Assembly: GCF_028368995.1 (NCBI RefSeq)
Contig: NZ_JAQNDL010000001.1
Location: forward strand, 1,856,001-1,920,000
DNA length: 64,000 nucleotides
Direction: 5' to 3'
Source of the DNA: Nannocystis bainbridge
GTDB lineage: Bacteria > Myxococcota_A > Polyangia > Nannocystales > Nannocystaceae
How positions within the stretch are numbered: the first letter of the stretch is position 1; each line of letters begins with the position of its first letter. Below are positions 40,557 to 49,773 of the stretch, in pieces. The position numbers and the translations under genes are program-made. A model generated the notes under the pieces. The model saw nothing but the letters and a program-made list of their open reading frames with translations, was not told where the DNA came from and searched no databases.

Positions 40557-43500
40557 ATGATTCGCCCGATCTCCCGCATTGCCATTTCGCGCTGCAGCCC
40601 CGCCGTCCTGTCTGCCCTCGTCCTCGGCGCCGCCGGCACCGCCGCCGCCGCGCCCCTTACCGAAGCCGACTGCCACGCCAAGTGTCCCAACATTCCGGCG
40701 CCGCCCAAGAATTGGACCACCACCGTCGGCCACGTCGAATGCGTCGAGTACGCCAATTACCGCTCCAAGCTCAAGCACTCCGGCAACGCCTGGACCTGGG
40801 CCGAATACCCCAAATGCAGCGGTGAGTCCGGCGTCACCTGCGTGCAGGACAACCCCGAGCCTGGCACCGTCATGGTCAGCCAGCCGTACCAGAACCAGGC
40901 CTACGGGGCCGGCCACGTCGCCGTCGTCGACTGCGTGGTCGGCGATTGGGTCAAGGTCAGCGAGTACAACTGGACCCCGGGCGTGTTCAAGGGCGACCGC
41001 TGCATCAACGTCAAGGAGGCGCGCGACAAGGACACCCCGTTCGCGTTCGTGCGCGCGTTCGGCAGCCTGTTCCCGGCCGAGGGCGAGCGCTGCGAGGACC
41101 CGCTGAAGATCAGCCACGCCTTCGTCAAGCCCGACCCCAACGACAAGCTGGCCAAGCGCGGCACCGTCGAGATCTCGTTCGGCACCTCCGCCTGCAGCCG
41201 GGCCAAGTTCCGCCTCCATCGCAAGATCTGGAAGTTCGAGGGCGGCACCAAGGTGCTTCACGAGCAGTGGACGAAGCCGGTCAAGAACGTCCGCGACATC
41301 TACACCGACACCTTCGAGGACGTCCCGACCTGCTCGCAATTCGAGTACGTGCTCGAGCGCGAGATGGTCGACCCGCCGATCGTCGGCGCCAAGATCAAGC
41401 AGTCGCCGGCGATGACCGGCGTCAACCTCGAGCCGCCGAGCCTGGTCACCGCCGACTTCGTGCCCAAGGTCTACGGCCAGATGTTCCTGCGCTGGAAGTC
41501 CGCCTGCCCCAATTACGCCGGCAGCACCAAGACGCAGTACCAGATCGTCTACAGCCGCGGCATCGGCAACCCGGTCACCGTCGGCCCCGTCGACGGTACC
41601 GTCATCCCCGGCAACGGCCCCCAGGACCGCGAGCACAAGCTCGTCAGCTTGTTCGGGGCCACCAACTACAGCGTCAGCGTCCGCACCTTCAATTACTCCG
41701 ACGTCTCCGCCACCACCGCCGACGGCGTGTTCACCACCCCGGCGCCCAACAACACCACCCCGGCCCCGCTGCCGCAGCGGCCCAAGCTGGCGATGCGGTG
41801 CGGCGACGGCAAGCTCGACGCCTCGTGGGTCGCCGCGGCCGGCGGCGAGAGCTACGAGCTCGAGTTCACCGGTCCGAGCACGCAGGTCCCCAAGCCCAAG
41901 CCGGTGATCGTCCCGGCTGTCGGCCTCACGCACAGCTTCGACGCCGCCGTCGACGCCAACTACACCGTGCGCCTGCGGTCGTACCGCGCCGGCAAGCCGT
42001 CGGCCTGGACCGACCCCGTCGTGTTCGCGCGCGACTGCGTGGCCGAGGCCCCGCTCGTCAGCCCGCTCGTCAACGACGACTGCGCCGGCGTCAAGCTGAC
42101 CTGGAAGCCCGACCCCGCCGCGACCGCGGCCCACCTCAAGAAATACGAGATCATGCGCCGCGAGGAGGGCGGCCAGCTGCAGCCGATCGCCTCCACCCTG
42201 CCGACCGTGCTGACCTACAACGACATCGAGGCCAGCCCCGGCAAGCACTATTTCTACAGCGTGCGCGCCCTGTTCCAGACCCCCGAGGGCAAGCCCCTGG
42301 TCTCGCCGCCCGCCCCGCAATCCCCTGTCGTCATCCCCAAGAGCCCGCCGCGCGCCCCCGAGATCGAGAAGATCACCACCCGGGTCGACCGCGCCACCCT
42401 CGAGTTCACCGACAACGCCACCAACGAGACCGAGTTCATCATCAAGCGCTGGACCGACAACGAGTCGGGCGCGCTGGTGCAGTACCGCATCGACGGCAAG
42501 CAGGGCACCGGCAAGGTCACCTTCGCCGACCCCAACCCGCTGCCGATCGAGGACCGCAGCTATCGTTACCGCGTGTTCGCGGTCAAGGGCGCCTGCAAGG
42601 AGACCAATGTCACCGCCTCGCTGCCGGTCGAGGGCCGGCGCATGCGCCCGCCCGTCAACGTCACCGTCGCCAAGGACAGCTCCGACGGCGCCCTGCTCAA
42701 GTGGCAGGACACCAACCACCGCGTCACCTCCTACGAGATCTACCGCAAACAGCTCAGCGAGCCGGTGTGGTCGGCCTCGCCGATCGCCACCGTCAGCAGC
42801 GACAAGAAGAGCTACGTCGACATGGCCAAGGTCGACGCCCAGTACTCCGTCAAGGCGATCTTCAACGGCGAGCGCACCCTCAGCGACGGCGTCGGCTCGG
42901 CGCCGGTGACCTACCTGCGGCAGACCAGCAAGGCCTGCCCGGCGGGCGGCACCAAGCCGGTGTTGACGCGGGTCACCAACCTCGACGACCCGCGCCGCAG
43001 CAAGGTCGAGTTCACCTACGACGCCCCCGCCAGCTTCGCCACCCGCATCGAGTACGCCCGCGGCACCAACGGCCCGTGGCTCACCGTGCAGGAGACCAAC
43101 GCCAAGGCCGGCCCGGTCGACATCGACGTGAGCCCGTTCATGAACCAGCAGATCTGGCTGCGGGTGATCGGCTTCGATCCCACCAACAACTGCGTGTCGG
43201 CGCCCTCGACCCCGCACGTCGTCTATCCATTGCCCGCCCCGGTGCCGCTGCCCACCGTGCCCGCGCACAAGAACTGCCCGCAGGGCCTGCTCGTCAAATG
43301 GGTCGATACCAGCACCTACGGCAGCAAGTTCCAGGTCGAGTGGCAGCCCGACATCCACGCGCCGTGGCAGCCGATGCCGAAGGAGGACTACTTCCGGGTC
43401 ACCGGCACCAAGGAGGTCTGGCAATGCCACAAGCCGGTCGCCGCCGACGCCGGCTATCAATACCGCGTGCGCAGCACCTACCACGTGCTCAAGAGCGGCA

Positions 43501-44063
43501 AGCCCGACGTGCTGAGCACCTCGCGCTGGTCGAACGACGCTGGCGTGAGCGACGGCGGCGGCGCCGCGATGTCGCTCGCCAACGGCACGATGGAGTCGAT
43601 CCCCGCCTACGGCAAGCCGGGTGACCGGCTCCAGAACTGGGGCCCGGAGGGCGCCTGGACCCTCCACGAGCTTCACGACCGCCCGGGTAGGCAGGGCCTC
43701 GGCCTGCGCTTCGGCTACTACTCCGCCGGCTCCGAGACCGTCGGCCAGATCCTCGACGCGACCTTCGAGGCCGGCACGACCTACACCTTCAAGGGCCACG
43801 TCAACGGCGGTGGTGACAAGACCGGCAAGGTCCCGTTCCAGATCGGCTACCTCACCAACACCAGCGACATCATGACCTTCAAGCCGCTCGCCACCGAGAA
43901 GTTCTCGGCCGGCAACGATTGGACGGCCGTCAAGGGCGTCACCCACACGGTCAAGGCTGGCGACGTCGCCGTCGGCAAGCGCATCGTCGTCCGCCTCGGC
44001 GGCGGCAGCGACGGCGGCAGCACGGACATCTGGTTCGACAACCTCACCCTGATCGCCAAATGA
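40557..44063 (+). CDS. Secreted CHAP-domain protein with multiple FnIII-like repeats and a C-terminal CBM-like domain
   Basis: Signal peptide; ECVEYA, GNAWTW, GHVAVV and VSEYNW; repeated LxW...Y.Y.VRA modules; ends WFDNLTL. Confidence 0.85.
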   Translation: MIRPISRIAISRCSPAVLSALVLGAAGTAAAAPLTEADCHAKCPNIPAPPKNWTTTVGHVECVEYANYRSKLKHSGNAWTWAEYPKCSGESGVTCVQDNPEPGTVMVSQPYQNQAYGAGHVAVVDCVVGDWVKVSEYNWTPGVFKGDRCINVKEARDKDTPFAFVRAFGSLFPAEGERCEDPLKISHAFVKPDPNDKLAKRGTVEISFGTSACSRAKFRLHRKIWKFEGGTKVLHEQWTKPVKNVRDIYTDTFEDVPTCSQFEYVLEREMVDPPIVGAKIKQSPAMTGVNLEPPSLVTADFVPKVYGQMFLRWKSACPNYAGSTKTQYQIVYSRGIGNPVTVGPVDGTVIPGNGPQDREHKLVSLFGATNYSVSVRTFNYSDVSATTADGVFTTPAPNNTTPAPLPQRPKLAMRCGDGKLDASWVAAAGGESYELEFTGPSTQVPKPKPVIVPAVGLTHSFDAAVDANYTVRLRSYRAGKPSAWTDPVVFARDCVAEAPLVSPLVNDDCAGVKLTWKPDPAATAAHLKKYEIMRREEGGQLQPIASTLPTVLTYNDIEASPGKHYFYSVRALFQTPEGKPLVSPPAPQSPVVIPKSPPRAPEIEKITTRVDRATLEFTDNATNETEFIIKRWTDNESGALVQYRIDGKQGTGKVTFADPNPLPIEDRSYRYRVFAVKGACKETNVTASLPVEGRRMRPPVNVTVAKDSSDGALLKWQDTNHRVTSYEIYRKQLSEPVWSASPIATVSSDKKSYVDMAKVDAQYSVKAIFNGERTLSDGVGSAPVTYLRQTSKACPAGGTKPVLTRVTNLDDPRRSKVEFTYDAPASFATRIEYARGTNGPWLTVQETNAKAGPVDIDVSPFMNQQIWLRVIGFDPTNNCVSAPSTPHVVYPLPAPVPLPTVPAHKNCPQGLLVKWVDTSTYGSKFQVEWQPDIHAPWQPMPKEDYFRVTGTKEVWQCHKPVAADAGYQYRVRSTYHVLKSGKPDVLSTSRWSNDAGVSDGGGAAMSLANGTMESIPAYGKPGDRLQNWGPEGAWTLHELHDRPGRQGLGLRFGYYSAGSETVGQILDATFEAGTTYTFKGHVNGGGDKTGKVPFQIGYLTNTSDIMTFKPLATEKFSAGNDWTAVKGVTHTVKAGDVAVGKRIVVRLGGGSDGGSTDIWFDNLTLIAK

Positions 44064-44072
44064 TCGGGCCGG

Positions 44073-44097
44073 TGGCGAGACCGCCGTGGTCTCGCCA
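44073..44097. terminator. Hairpin between convergent genes
   Basis: TGGCGAGACC-n5-GGTCTCGCCA. Confidence 0.6.
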
Positions 44098-44126
44098 TTC
44101 ACGGGTGACGACATTCGCGCGGCGCC

Positions 44127-45503
44127 TCAGCGCGCCGCCATCACCGTGTTGAGGCACTCGGCCAGCGTCGGGTGGGCGAAGGTCGCGTCGCGCAGCGCCG
44201 GGGCCGTCAGCCCGCCCATCATCGCCACCTCGATCACCGCCATCAGCTCGCCGGCCCCGACCCCGAGGATCGTCGCGCCGAGGATCTGCTGGCTGCGCGC
44301 GTCGATCACGACCTCGAGGAACCCGCGGGCCTCGTCCATCTCGAGCGCGCGCGCCACCTGGTCCATGCCGATGCGCGCGACCCGGATGTCCCGGCCCTCG
44401 CGGCGCGCGTCGGCCCCGGACAGGCCGATGCGCGCCAGCTCCGGATCGGTGAACACCACATACGGCACCATGCGCCCGCGCGTCGTCGCCTGCCCGCCCT
44501 CCAATAGGTTGGTGCGCAAGATCCGGTGATCGTCGTAGGCGATGTGCGTAAATGCCGGCCCGCCCTTGACGTCGCCGACCGCGAACACCCCCGGGGCGCT
44601 GGTCGCCAGCCGCTCGTCGACCTTCACGTGGCCGCCGGCGTCGACCTCGATCCCCGCCGCCTGCAGGTCCAGCGCCTCGGTGTTGGGCGTGCGACCGGTG
44701 GCGACCAGCAGGTGCGAGCCGACGAGCGAGCGCTCGCCGCCCGGCGTGTCGCACACGAGCGCGATCGCCTGGCCCTGATTCGCGACCCGCCGCGCCTGGC
44801 TCGACAGCCAGATCTCGATCCCGTCGGTCGCCAGCACCGCCCCGATCGCCGCCCCCACGTCGGCGTCCTCGCGGGGCAACAGCTGCGCCGCGCGCTGCAC
44901 GATCGTCACCCGGCTGCCGAAGCGGCGGAACATCTGCGCGAACTCGAGGCCGACATAGCCGCCGCCGAGGACCAGCAGATGCTCCGGCACGACGGCCAGC
45001 TCGAGCATGCCCGCGTGATCGAGCCACGGCACCTGTTCGAGGCCCTCGAGCCGGGGCACCTGGGTGCGCGCGCCGGTGTCGATCACGATCACCTCGCCGG
45101 CGATCTGGCGCACCCCGCCGTGGTTCAAGCGCACCTCGAGCTGGCGCGGGCCGACGAAGCGGCCGGCGCCGAGCAGCAGATCGATCGCCGGCTGGGCCAC
45201 CAGGGCGGCGCGGCTCGAGTCGACGAATTGGCGGACGATCCGGCGCGTCCGCTCGCGCACCCGCGTCATGTCGACGCTCACCGCGTGCGCGCGCACCCCG
45301 AAATCGCCGGCCCTGCGCGCCAGGTAGGCCACCCGGGCGCTCGCCACCATCGTCTTGGTCGGCGTGCAGCCGGTGTTGATGCAGGTGCCGCCGAGGTGCT
45401 CGCGCTCGACGAAGGCGACCCGGCGACCGGCCGCGGCGAACGCCAGCGCGAGGGGTCGTGCCGCCTGACCCGAGCCGAGGATCACCACGTCGTAGCCGTC
45501 CAT
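44127..45503 (-). CDS. Pyridine nucleotide-disulfide oxidoreductase (RclA/MerA-like, no C-terminal CC)
   Basis: GGTCINTGCTP, GGGYVGLE, ATGRTPN and HPTLAE. Confidence 0.9.
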   Translation of the reverse strand: MDGYDVVILGSGQAARPLALAFAAAGRRVAFVEREHLGGTCINTGCTPTKTMVASARVAYLARRAGDFGVRAHAVSVDMTRVRERTRRIVRQFVDSSRAALVAQPAIDLLLGAGRFVGPRQLEVRLNHGGVRQIAGEVIVIDTGARTQVPRLEGLEQVPWLDHAGMLELAVVPEHLLVLGGGYVGLEFAQMFRRFGSRVTIVQRAAQLLPREDADVGAAIGAVLATDGIEIWLSSQARRVANQGQAIALVCDTPGGERSLVGSHLLVATGRTPNTEALDLQAAGIEVDAGGHVKVDERLATSAPGVFAVGDVKGGPAFTHIAYDDHRILRTNLLEGGQATTRGRMVPYVVFTDPELARIGLSGADARREGRDIRVARIGMDQVARALEMDEARGFLEVVIDARSQQILGATILGVGAGELMAVIEVAMMGGLTAPALRDATFAHPTLAECLNTVMAAR

Positions 45504-45621
45504 CGCCCGGATGGTGACCGCGAAGCCGAGCGCGGCAACCGGCCGGCCACCCGATTGCGAAGTGCCGCATTCGTGGCGCCGCTCGTCCGCCCCCCGCGCC
45601 TGCGATAAGGTCACCGGCAGC

Positions 45622-46671
45622 ATGACCTCGCCACGCTACCCGCTGCCCAACGCCTTCGTCCCGCTCCGCGCCGCGCACCTCGCCGGCAAGCGGGCCACGG
45701 GCCTCAAAGACGTGCTCGTCGCCGGCCCGCTCGTGCTCGCCAGCGGCCGCCTCGTCGCCTGCGACGCCCTCGTGCAGCCCGAGCGCCCGCCGTTTTCCCG
45801 CGTCCTCGCGCCCGGCAGCTACCCCGTGGTCCTCTACGTCGCCAAAGCGGGCGGCGCGATCGGCTTCGCCGAGCTCCGTCTGCGCGACGCCCCCGCCCTG
45901 CGCTTCGAGATGGCCACGATCGCCGGCCAGGACCCCGCCACGCTCGGCCCGCGCGAGACCTTCGGCTATCCGGTCGGCACCGGGCTCGGCTGCTTCGCCG
46001 ACGAGGTCGCCCTGCGCCGGCTGCGGGAGCTCGACGCCGACAACGCCTACGACCGCATCGGCCCCGAGCTGGCCGCCAACGGCGGCGCGTGGGTCAGCCA
46101 CCGCCCCGACCCGCAGGCCGACGACAACGTCGTGCTGTTCCGCTCCGGCGACGGCGACGGCCACTACCCGACCTGGTTCGGCCTCGATGCCGACGACCGG
46201 CCCGTGTGCGTCGTCACCAGCTTCCGCTGCTTCCCCGAGCCCGAGACCGCCGACGACAGGCAGGCCAGGCTCGCCGAGACGTTCGCGCCGCTGGTCGCCG
46301 CCGTCGATCGCGACCTCGGGGCCGGCCTGCGCGCGCGCGGCTTCACCGGCCCCGAGGCGACCTACAAGGGCAAGACCGACGGCGAGCTCAAGCTCGTGTA
46401 CACGCGCGACGGCCTCGCCTTCGAGGTCCTCGGCTCGGCCACCGGCCGCCACCTCTTCACCACCCAGTTCCGCTGGGCCCGCGGCCGCTCGACGCTCGAC
46501 GTCGGCAACGAGCACCGCAAGGCCGGGGTGCCGATCGACTGGAAGGAGGGCGTCGCCGTCGGCGACGCCGCCTTCGTCCACGCAACTCGCATCGGCGCCT
46601 CCTACGCCGCCGGCTGGGACGCGCTCGAGCAAGCGGTCCTGCACTACCTGCCGCTCAAGCGCGCGCGCTGA
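45622..46671 (+). CDS. DUF4241-domain protein
   Basis: SGRLVACD, PGSYPV, FGYPVGTG and SGDGDGHYP. Confidence 0.75.
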   Translation: MTSPRYPLPNAFVPLRAAHLAGKRATGLKDVLVAGPLVLASGRLVACDALVQPERPPFSRVLAPGSYPVVLYVAKAGGAIGFAELRLRDAPALRFEMATIAGQDPATLGPRETFGYPVGTGLGCFADEVALRRLRELDADNAYDRIGPELAANGGAWVSHRPDPQADDNVVLFRSGDGDGHYPTWFGLDADDRPVCVVTSFRCFPEPETADDRQARLAETFAPLVAAVDRDLGAGLRARGFTGPEATYKGKTDGELKLVYTRDGLAFEVLGSATGRHLFTTQFRWARGRSTLDVGNEHRKAGVPIDWKEGVAVGDAAFVHATRIGASYAAGWDALEQAVLHYLPLKRAR

Positions 46672-46681
46672 CGATACTCCA

Positions 46682-46759
46682 AGACATGCCCTCGGAGACA
46701 TGCTCCCAGAGACATGCCCTTGAAGACATTACCCTGAGAGCATGCCCCTCGGGGCATAC
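46682..46759. repeat. 14-bp-phased CATG array (6 units)
   Basis: CATG at 46685, 46699, 46713; CATT at 46727; CATG at 46741; CATA at 46755. Confidence 0.9.
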
Positions 46760-46836
46760 CGTCGCGCGCAGCACGGCGGCCGCGTTCTCCGGGCCCGGCA
46801 CCCGCGGCGCCGCCGCGGCTGCAGCGAGCCGGTGCC

Positions 46837-47238
46837 TCATCCGCGGCGGTCGAACCGCTCCCGCGCCGCGGCGATCGTGGGCCAGTGCTCGCCGATCCAG
46901 CGCGCGAGGTGTTCCATCGGCCCCAGAAGGCTGCGGCCGAGCTCGGTGAGCTCGTACTCGACGCGCGGAGGGACCTCGGCGAACACCTCGCGCGCGACGA
47001 AGCCGTCGCGCTCGGCGTCTCGCAGCGTCGTCGTCAGGACCCGCTGCGAGATGCCGGTCAGCATCCGCTGCAGCTCGGAGAAGCGGGCGCGCTGCCCCGG
47101 CGCCTTCGCCAGCATCACGACGAGCAGGACGCTCCACTTGTCCCCGAGCTTGCCCATGAGCTCGCGGACCACCCGGGACTCCTCCGTCTCGCACAGGCGC
47201 ATCGTGGGCGGCGCCGTCTTCGTGCCGGATCTGGCCAA
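46837..47238 (-). CDS. HxlR-family winged-helix regulator
   Basis: LGDKWS, RFSELQR, ISQRVLT and PPRVEYELTELG; start uncertain. Confidence 0.9.
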   Translation of the reverse strand: MARSGTKTAPPTMRLCETEESRVVRELMGKLGDKWSVLLVVMLAKAPGQRARFSELQRMLTGISQRVLTTTLRDAERDGFVAREVFAEVPPRVEYELTELGRSLLGPMEHLARWIGEHWPTIAAARERFDRRG

Positions 47239-47358
47239 TCGTTACCTCGAGGTGCGCTGCTGCGTGAAAGGTGCCGTCTTCTCTTCGCTCGCGCCGACCG
47301 TACCATGCAGACGGCGCCGCGATCCGAACGCTCGCGCGCGAGAAAGGCAACGCCGCTC

Positions 47359-48303
47359 ATGGACCAGCCAACCCCGGCAGGCAATACGCTCATGCCCGCC
47401 CTGCATCCCGTCGTCTCCGTCGCTCCGCTCGTGCTCCCGGCCCCGGGCCGCGGCGTCGATCTCCAGCTCCGCGTGTCCGCGCCCGTGCGCGGCGATCGCT
47501 TGCCGGTCGTCGTCTTCTCGCACGGTTTCGCTTCTTCCTGCGACGCCTACGCACCGCTCGCGCAGTACTGGGCGGCTCGCGGCCTCGTCGTCATCCAGCC
47601 GACGTTCCTCGACTCGCGCACGGTGGCCCTGGCCGAGCATGACCCGCGCGCACCCGAGGTCTGGCGCATCCGCGTCGAAGACGTCAAGCGCACGCTCGAC
47701 GGGCTCGAAACGCTCGAGCAGGCCGTGCCCGGGCTCGCCGGGCGCATCGATCGCGGGCGCATCGCCGCCGCGGGTCACTCGTTCGGCGCTCACACGACGA
47801 GCCTGCTGCTCGGAGCGCGGATGGTCGGGCCCGACGGTCGCCCCGGCGAGGACCTGTCCGACCCGCGGATCTGCGCTGGCGTACTCCTCTGCGCCGCAGG
47901 CCGCGGTGGCGCCGACCTCAGCGCCTTCGCCCGCGAGCACACGCCCTACCTCGACCAGAGCTACGCGGAGATGACGACGCGGGTCCTCGTCGTCGCGGGC
48001 GACGCGGACCGCTCGCCGCTGACCGTCCGCGGCCCCGACTGGTTCGCCGATCCCTTCATCTTGAGCCCGGGCGCCGACTGGCTCCTGACCGTCTTCGCCG
48101 GCGAGCACATGCTCGGCGGCATCTCCGGCGACCGCGTCACGGAGACCACCGACGAAAGCCCCGAGCGCGTCGAAGCCGTCCAGCGGCTCACCTACGCGTA
48201 CCTGCGCAGCGCCCTCCAGCCGGACGATCCAGCGTGGGACGAGGCGCGCCGCCAGCTCGCGGCGGACCCGAGCCCGCCGGCACGCCTCGACGGCAAGGCC
48301 TGA
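47359..48303 (+). CDS. Alpha/beta hydrolase (chlorophyllase-like)
   Basis: VVFSHG, GHSFG, GDAD and GEHMLGG. Confidence 0.88.
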   Translation: MDQPTPAGNTLMPALHPVVSVAPLVLPAPGRGVDLQLRVSAPVRGDRLPVVVFSHGFASSCDAYAPLAQYWAARGLVVIQPTFLDSRTVALAEHDPRAPEVWRIRVEDVKRTLDGLETLEQAVPGLAGRIDRGRIAAAGHSFGAHTTSLLLGARMVGPDGRPGEDLSDPRICAGVLLCAAGRGGADLSAFAREHTPYLDQSYAEMTTRVLVVAGDADRSPLTVRGPDWFADPFILSPGADWLLTVFAGEHMLGGISGDRVTETTDESPERVEAVQRLTYAYLRSALQPDDPAWDEARRQLAADPSPPARLDGKA

Positions 48304-48402
48304 CCGGCAGGTCGACCCGGCGGATAGTGACATCCGAGCGCCGAACATCCTCCGACGACCTGTCCTCGAGGACATCCGATTCGCCCGCACCCCCGCGACC
48401 GC

Positions 48403-48460
48403 AAAAATCAACGAGCGCCCCGCAGGCGGGGCGCTCGGCGGGGCGCTCGGCGGGGCGCTC
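48403..48460 (-). terminator. Rho-independent terminator with triplicated 12-bp arm
   Basis: GAGCGCCCCGC / GCGGGGCGCTC stem followed on the minus strand by GTTGATTTTT; GGCGGGGCGCTC x3 at 48425-48460. Confidence 0.7.
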
Positions 48461-48506
48461 AGCCGTGGTGACTGGTGCCGGCCTTGACCTTGCTCTTCGT
48501 CTTCAT
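48459..48506 (-). CDS. 15-aa small peptide MKTKSKVKAGTSHHG
   Basis: GGAGGAGG RBS, TAGAAT -10 (48526-48531), GC-biased codons and a terminator directly downstream. Confidence 0.7.
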   Translation of the reverse strand: MKTKSKVKAGTSHHG

Positions 48507-48596
48507 GGCCCCTCCTCCCGCGCCAATTCTAGCCGCCGCCTCGCGGCCGACGAGGCCTCACCTTCGCGCATGCTCGCCGACGCGCGCCCTGCCGAT

Positions 48597-48620
48597 CGAC
48601 ATGACCTTTCGGACATGTCG
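48597..48620. repeat. 14-bp-phased CATG pair
   Basis: CATG at 48600 and 48614; degenerate units also at 48331-48376. Confidence 0.65.
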
Positions 48621-48720
48621 AACCTCCGCGCTCGGGTGCCACGCCGGGTCCCCCCATGAGCCTGCTCACTTCCACCCGCCTCGTTTTCACCAGCAGCACC
48701 GCCCGTGCGCGCGGCCTCGC

Positions 48721-48747
48721 GGTCACATCGGCGCGGCCTCGCGGGTC
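48721..48747 (+). promoter_or_regulatory. ECF41-type promoter candidate
   Basis: GGTCACA-n16-GGTC versus the ECF41 consensus TGTCACA-n16-CGTC. Confidence 0.55.
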
Positions 48748-48783
48748 TTCCCTCGACGAGACCGCGACCGAGGGACCTGACCG

Positions 48784-49668
48784 ATGCAACAGCGCGACTG
48801 CCTGGCGACCCGCTTCGAGGCGCACCGGACCTATTTGCGGGGCGTCGCCTACCGCATGCTCGGCTCGCTGAGCGAGGCCGACGACGCCGTGCAGGACGCC
48901 TGGCTCCGGCTCGCCCGCACCGACTCCGCCGCCGTCGACGACCTGCGCGCGTGGCTCACCACCGTGGTCGCGCGGATCTGCCTCAACCTGCTGCGCGCGC
49001 GCGGCACCCGGCGCGAGGAGCCGCTGGGCCCGCACGTGCCCGACCCGGTCGTGCGCCGCGAGCCTGGCGTCGACCCCGAGCGCGACGCCCTGCTGGCCGA
49101 GTCGGTCGGCCTCGCGCTGCTCGTCGTCCTCGACGAGCTCGCGCCTGCCGAGCGGCTCGCGTTCGTGCTCCACGACAGCTTCGGCGTATCGTTCGACGCC
49201 ATCGCCGCGCTGTGCGGGCGCACGCCCGAAGCCGCGCGGCAGCTGGCCAGCCGCGCGCGCCGGCGGGTCCGCGCCGCCGCCCCCGTGCCCGACCCCGACC
49301 TCCCCCGTCAGCGCGAGGTCGTGTCCGCCTTCTTCGCCGCCACCCGCGCCGGCGACCTCGGGGCCCTCGTCGCCCTGCTCGACCCCGACGTGATCCTCCG
49401 CGCCGACGGCGGCACCGCGCGCGCCGAGGTCTCGGTCGTCGCCCGCGGCCCGCAGGCCGTCGCCGAGCACTCGCTCGGCTTCGCCGCGATGACCCCGTTC
49501 GTCCGCCCCGCCGTGGTCAACGGCGCCGCCGGGGCCGTCGTCGCCCCCGGCGGCGAGCCGTTCTCGGTCATGAGCTTCGTCGTCAAGGCCGGCAAGATCG
49601 CCGCCATCGACGCCCTCGTCGATCCCGAGCGCCTCGGGAGGCTCGACCTCGGCGACCTCGACGGCTGA
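48784..49668 (+). CDS. ECF41 (SigJ-like) sigma factor with SnoaL-like C-terminus
   Basis: AYRMLGSLSEADDAVQ, PDP, RQLASRARR, ADGG and VNG. Confidence 0.92.
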   Translation: MQQRDCLATRFEAHRTYLRGVAYRMLGSLSEADDAVQDAWLRLARTDSAAVDDLRAWLTTVVARICLNLLRARGTRREEPLGPHVPDPVVRREPGVDPERDALLAESVGLALLVVLDELAPAERLAFVLHDSFGVSFDAIAALCGRTPEAARQLASRARRRVRAAAPVPDPDLPRQREVVSAFFAATRAGDLGALVALLDPDVILRADGGTARAEVSVVARGPQAVAEHSLGFAAMTPFVRPAVVNGAAGAVVAPGGEPFSVMSFVVKAGKIAAIDALVDPERLGRLDLGDLDG

Positions 49669-49670
49669 TA

Positions 49671-49756
49671 TTCCATGTCTCATCGGACATGCTCGAAACG
49701 ACATGTACATCAAGACATATCATCGGCGCTCATGACATGCCCCTTCGGACATGTCA
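49671..49756. repeat. 14-bp-phased CATG array
   Basis: CATG at 49674, 49688, 49702; CATA at 49716; then 49736 and 49750. Confidence 0.88.
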
Positions 49757-49773
49757 TGAACGCCACCCGCGCC

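Noticed and set aside
40287-44114. Very long antisense ORFs (also 2032-4698, 11519-14263, 59877-61982)
   Set aside because: Shadow ORFs caused by high GC3 of real genes on the opposite strand; no recognisable motifs.
44127-45503. Mercuric reductase / mer operon
   Set aside because: No C-terminal Cys-Cys, no NmerA domain and no merR/T/P nearby.
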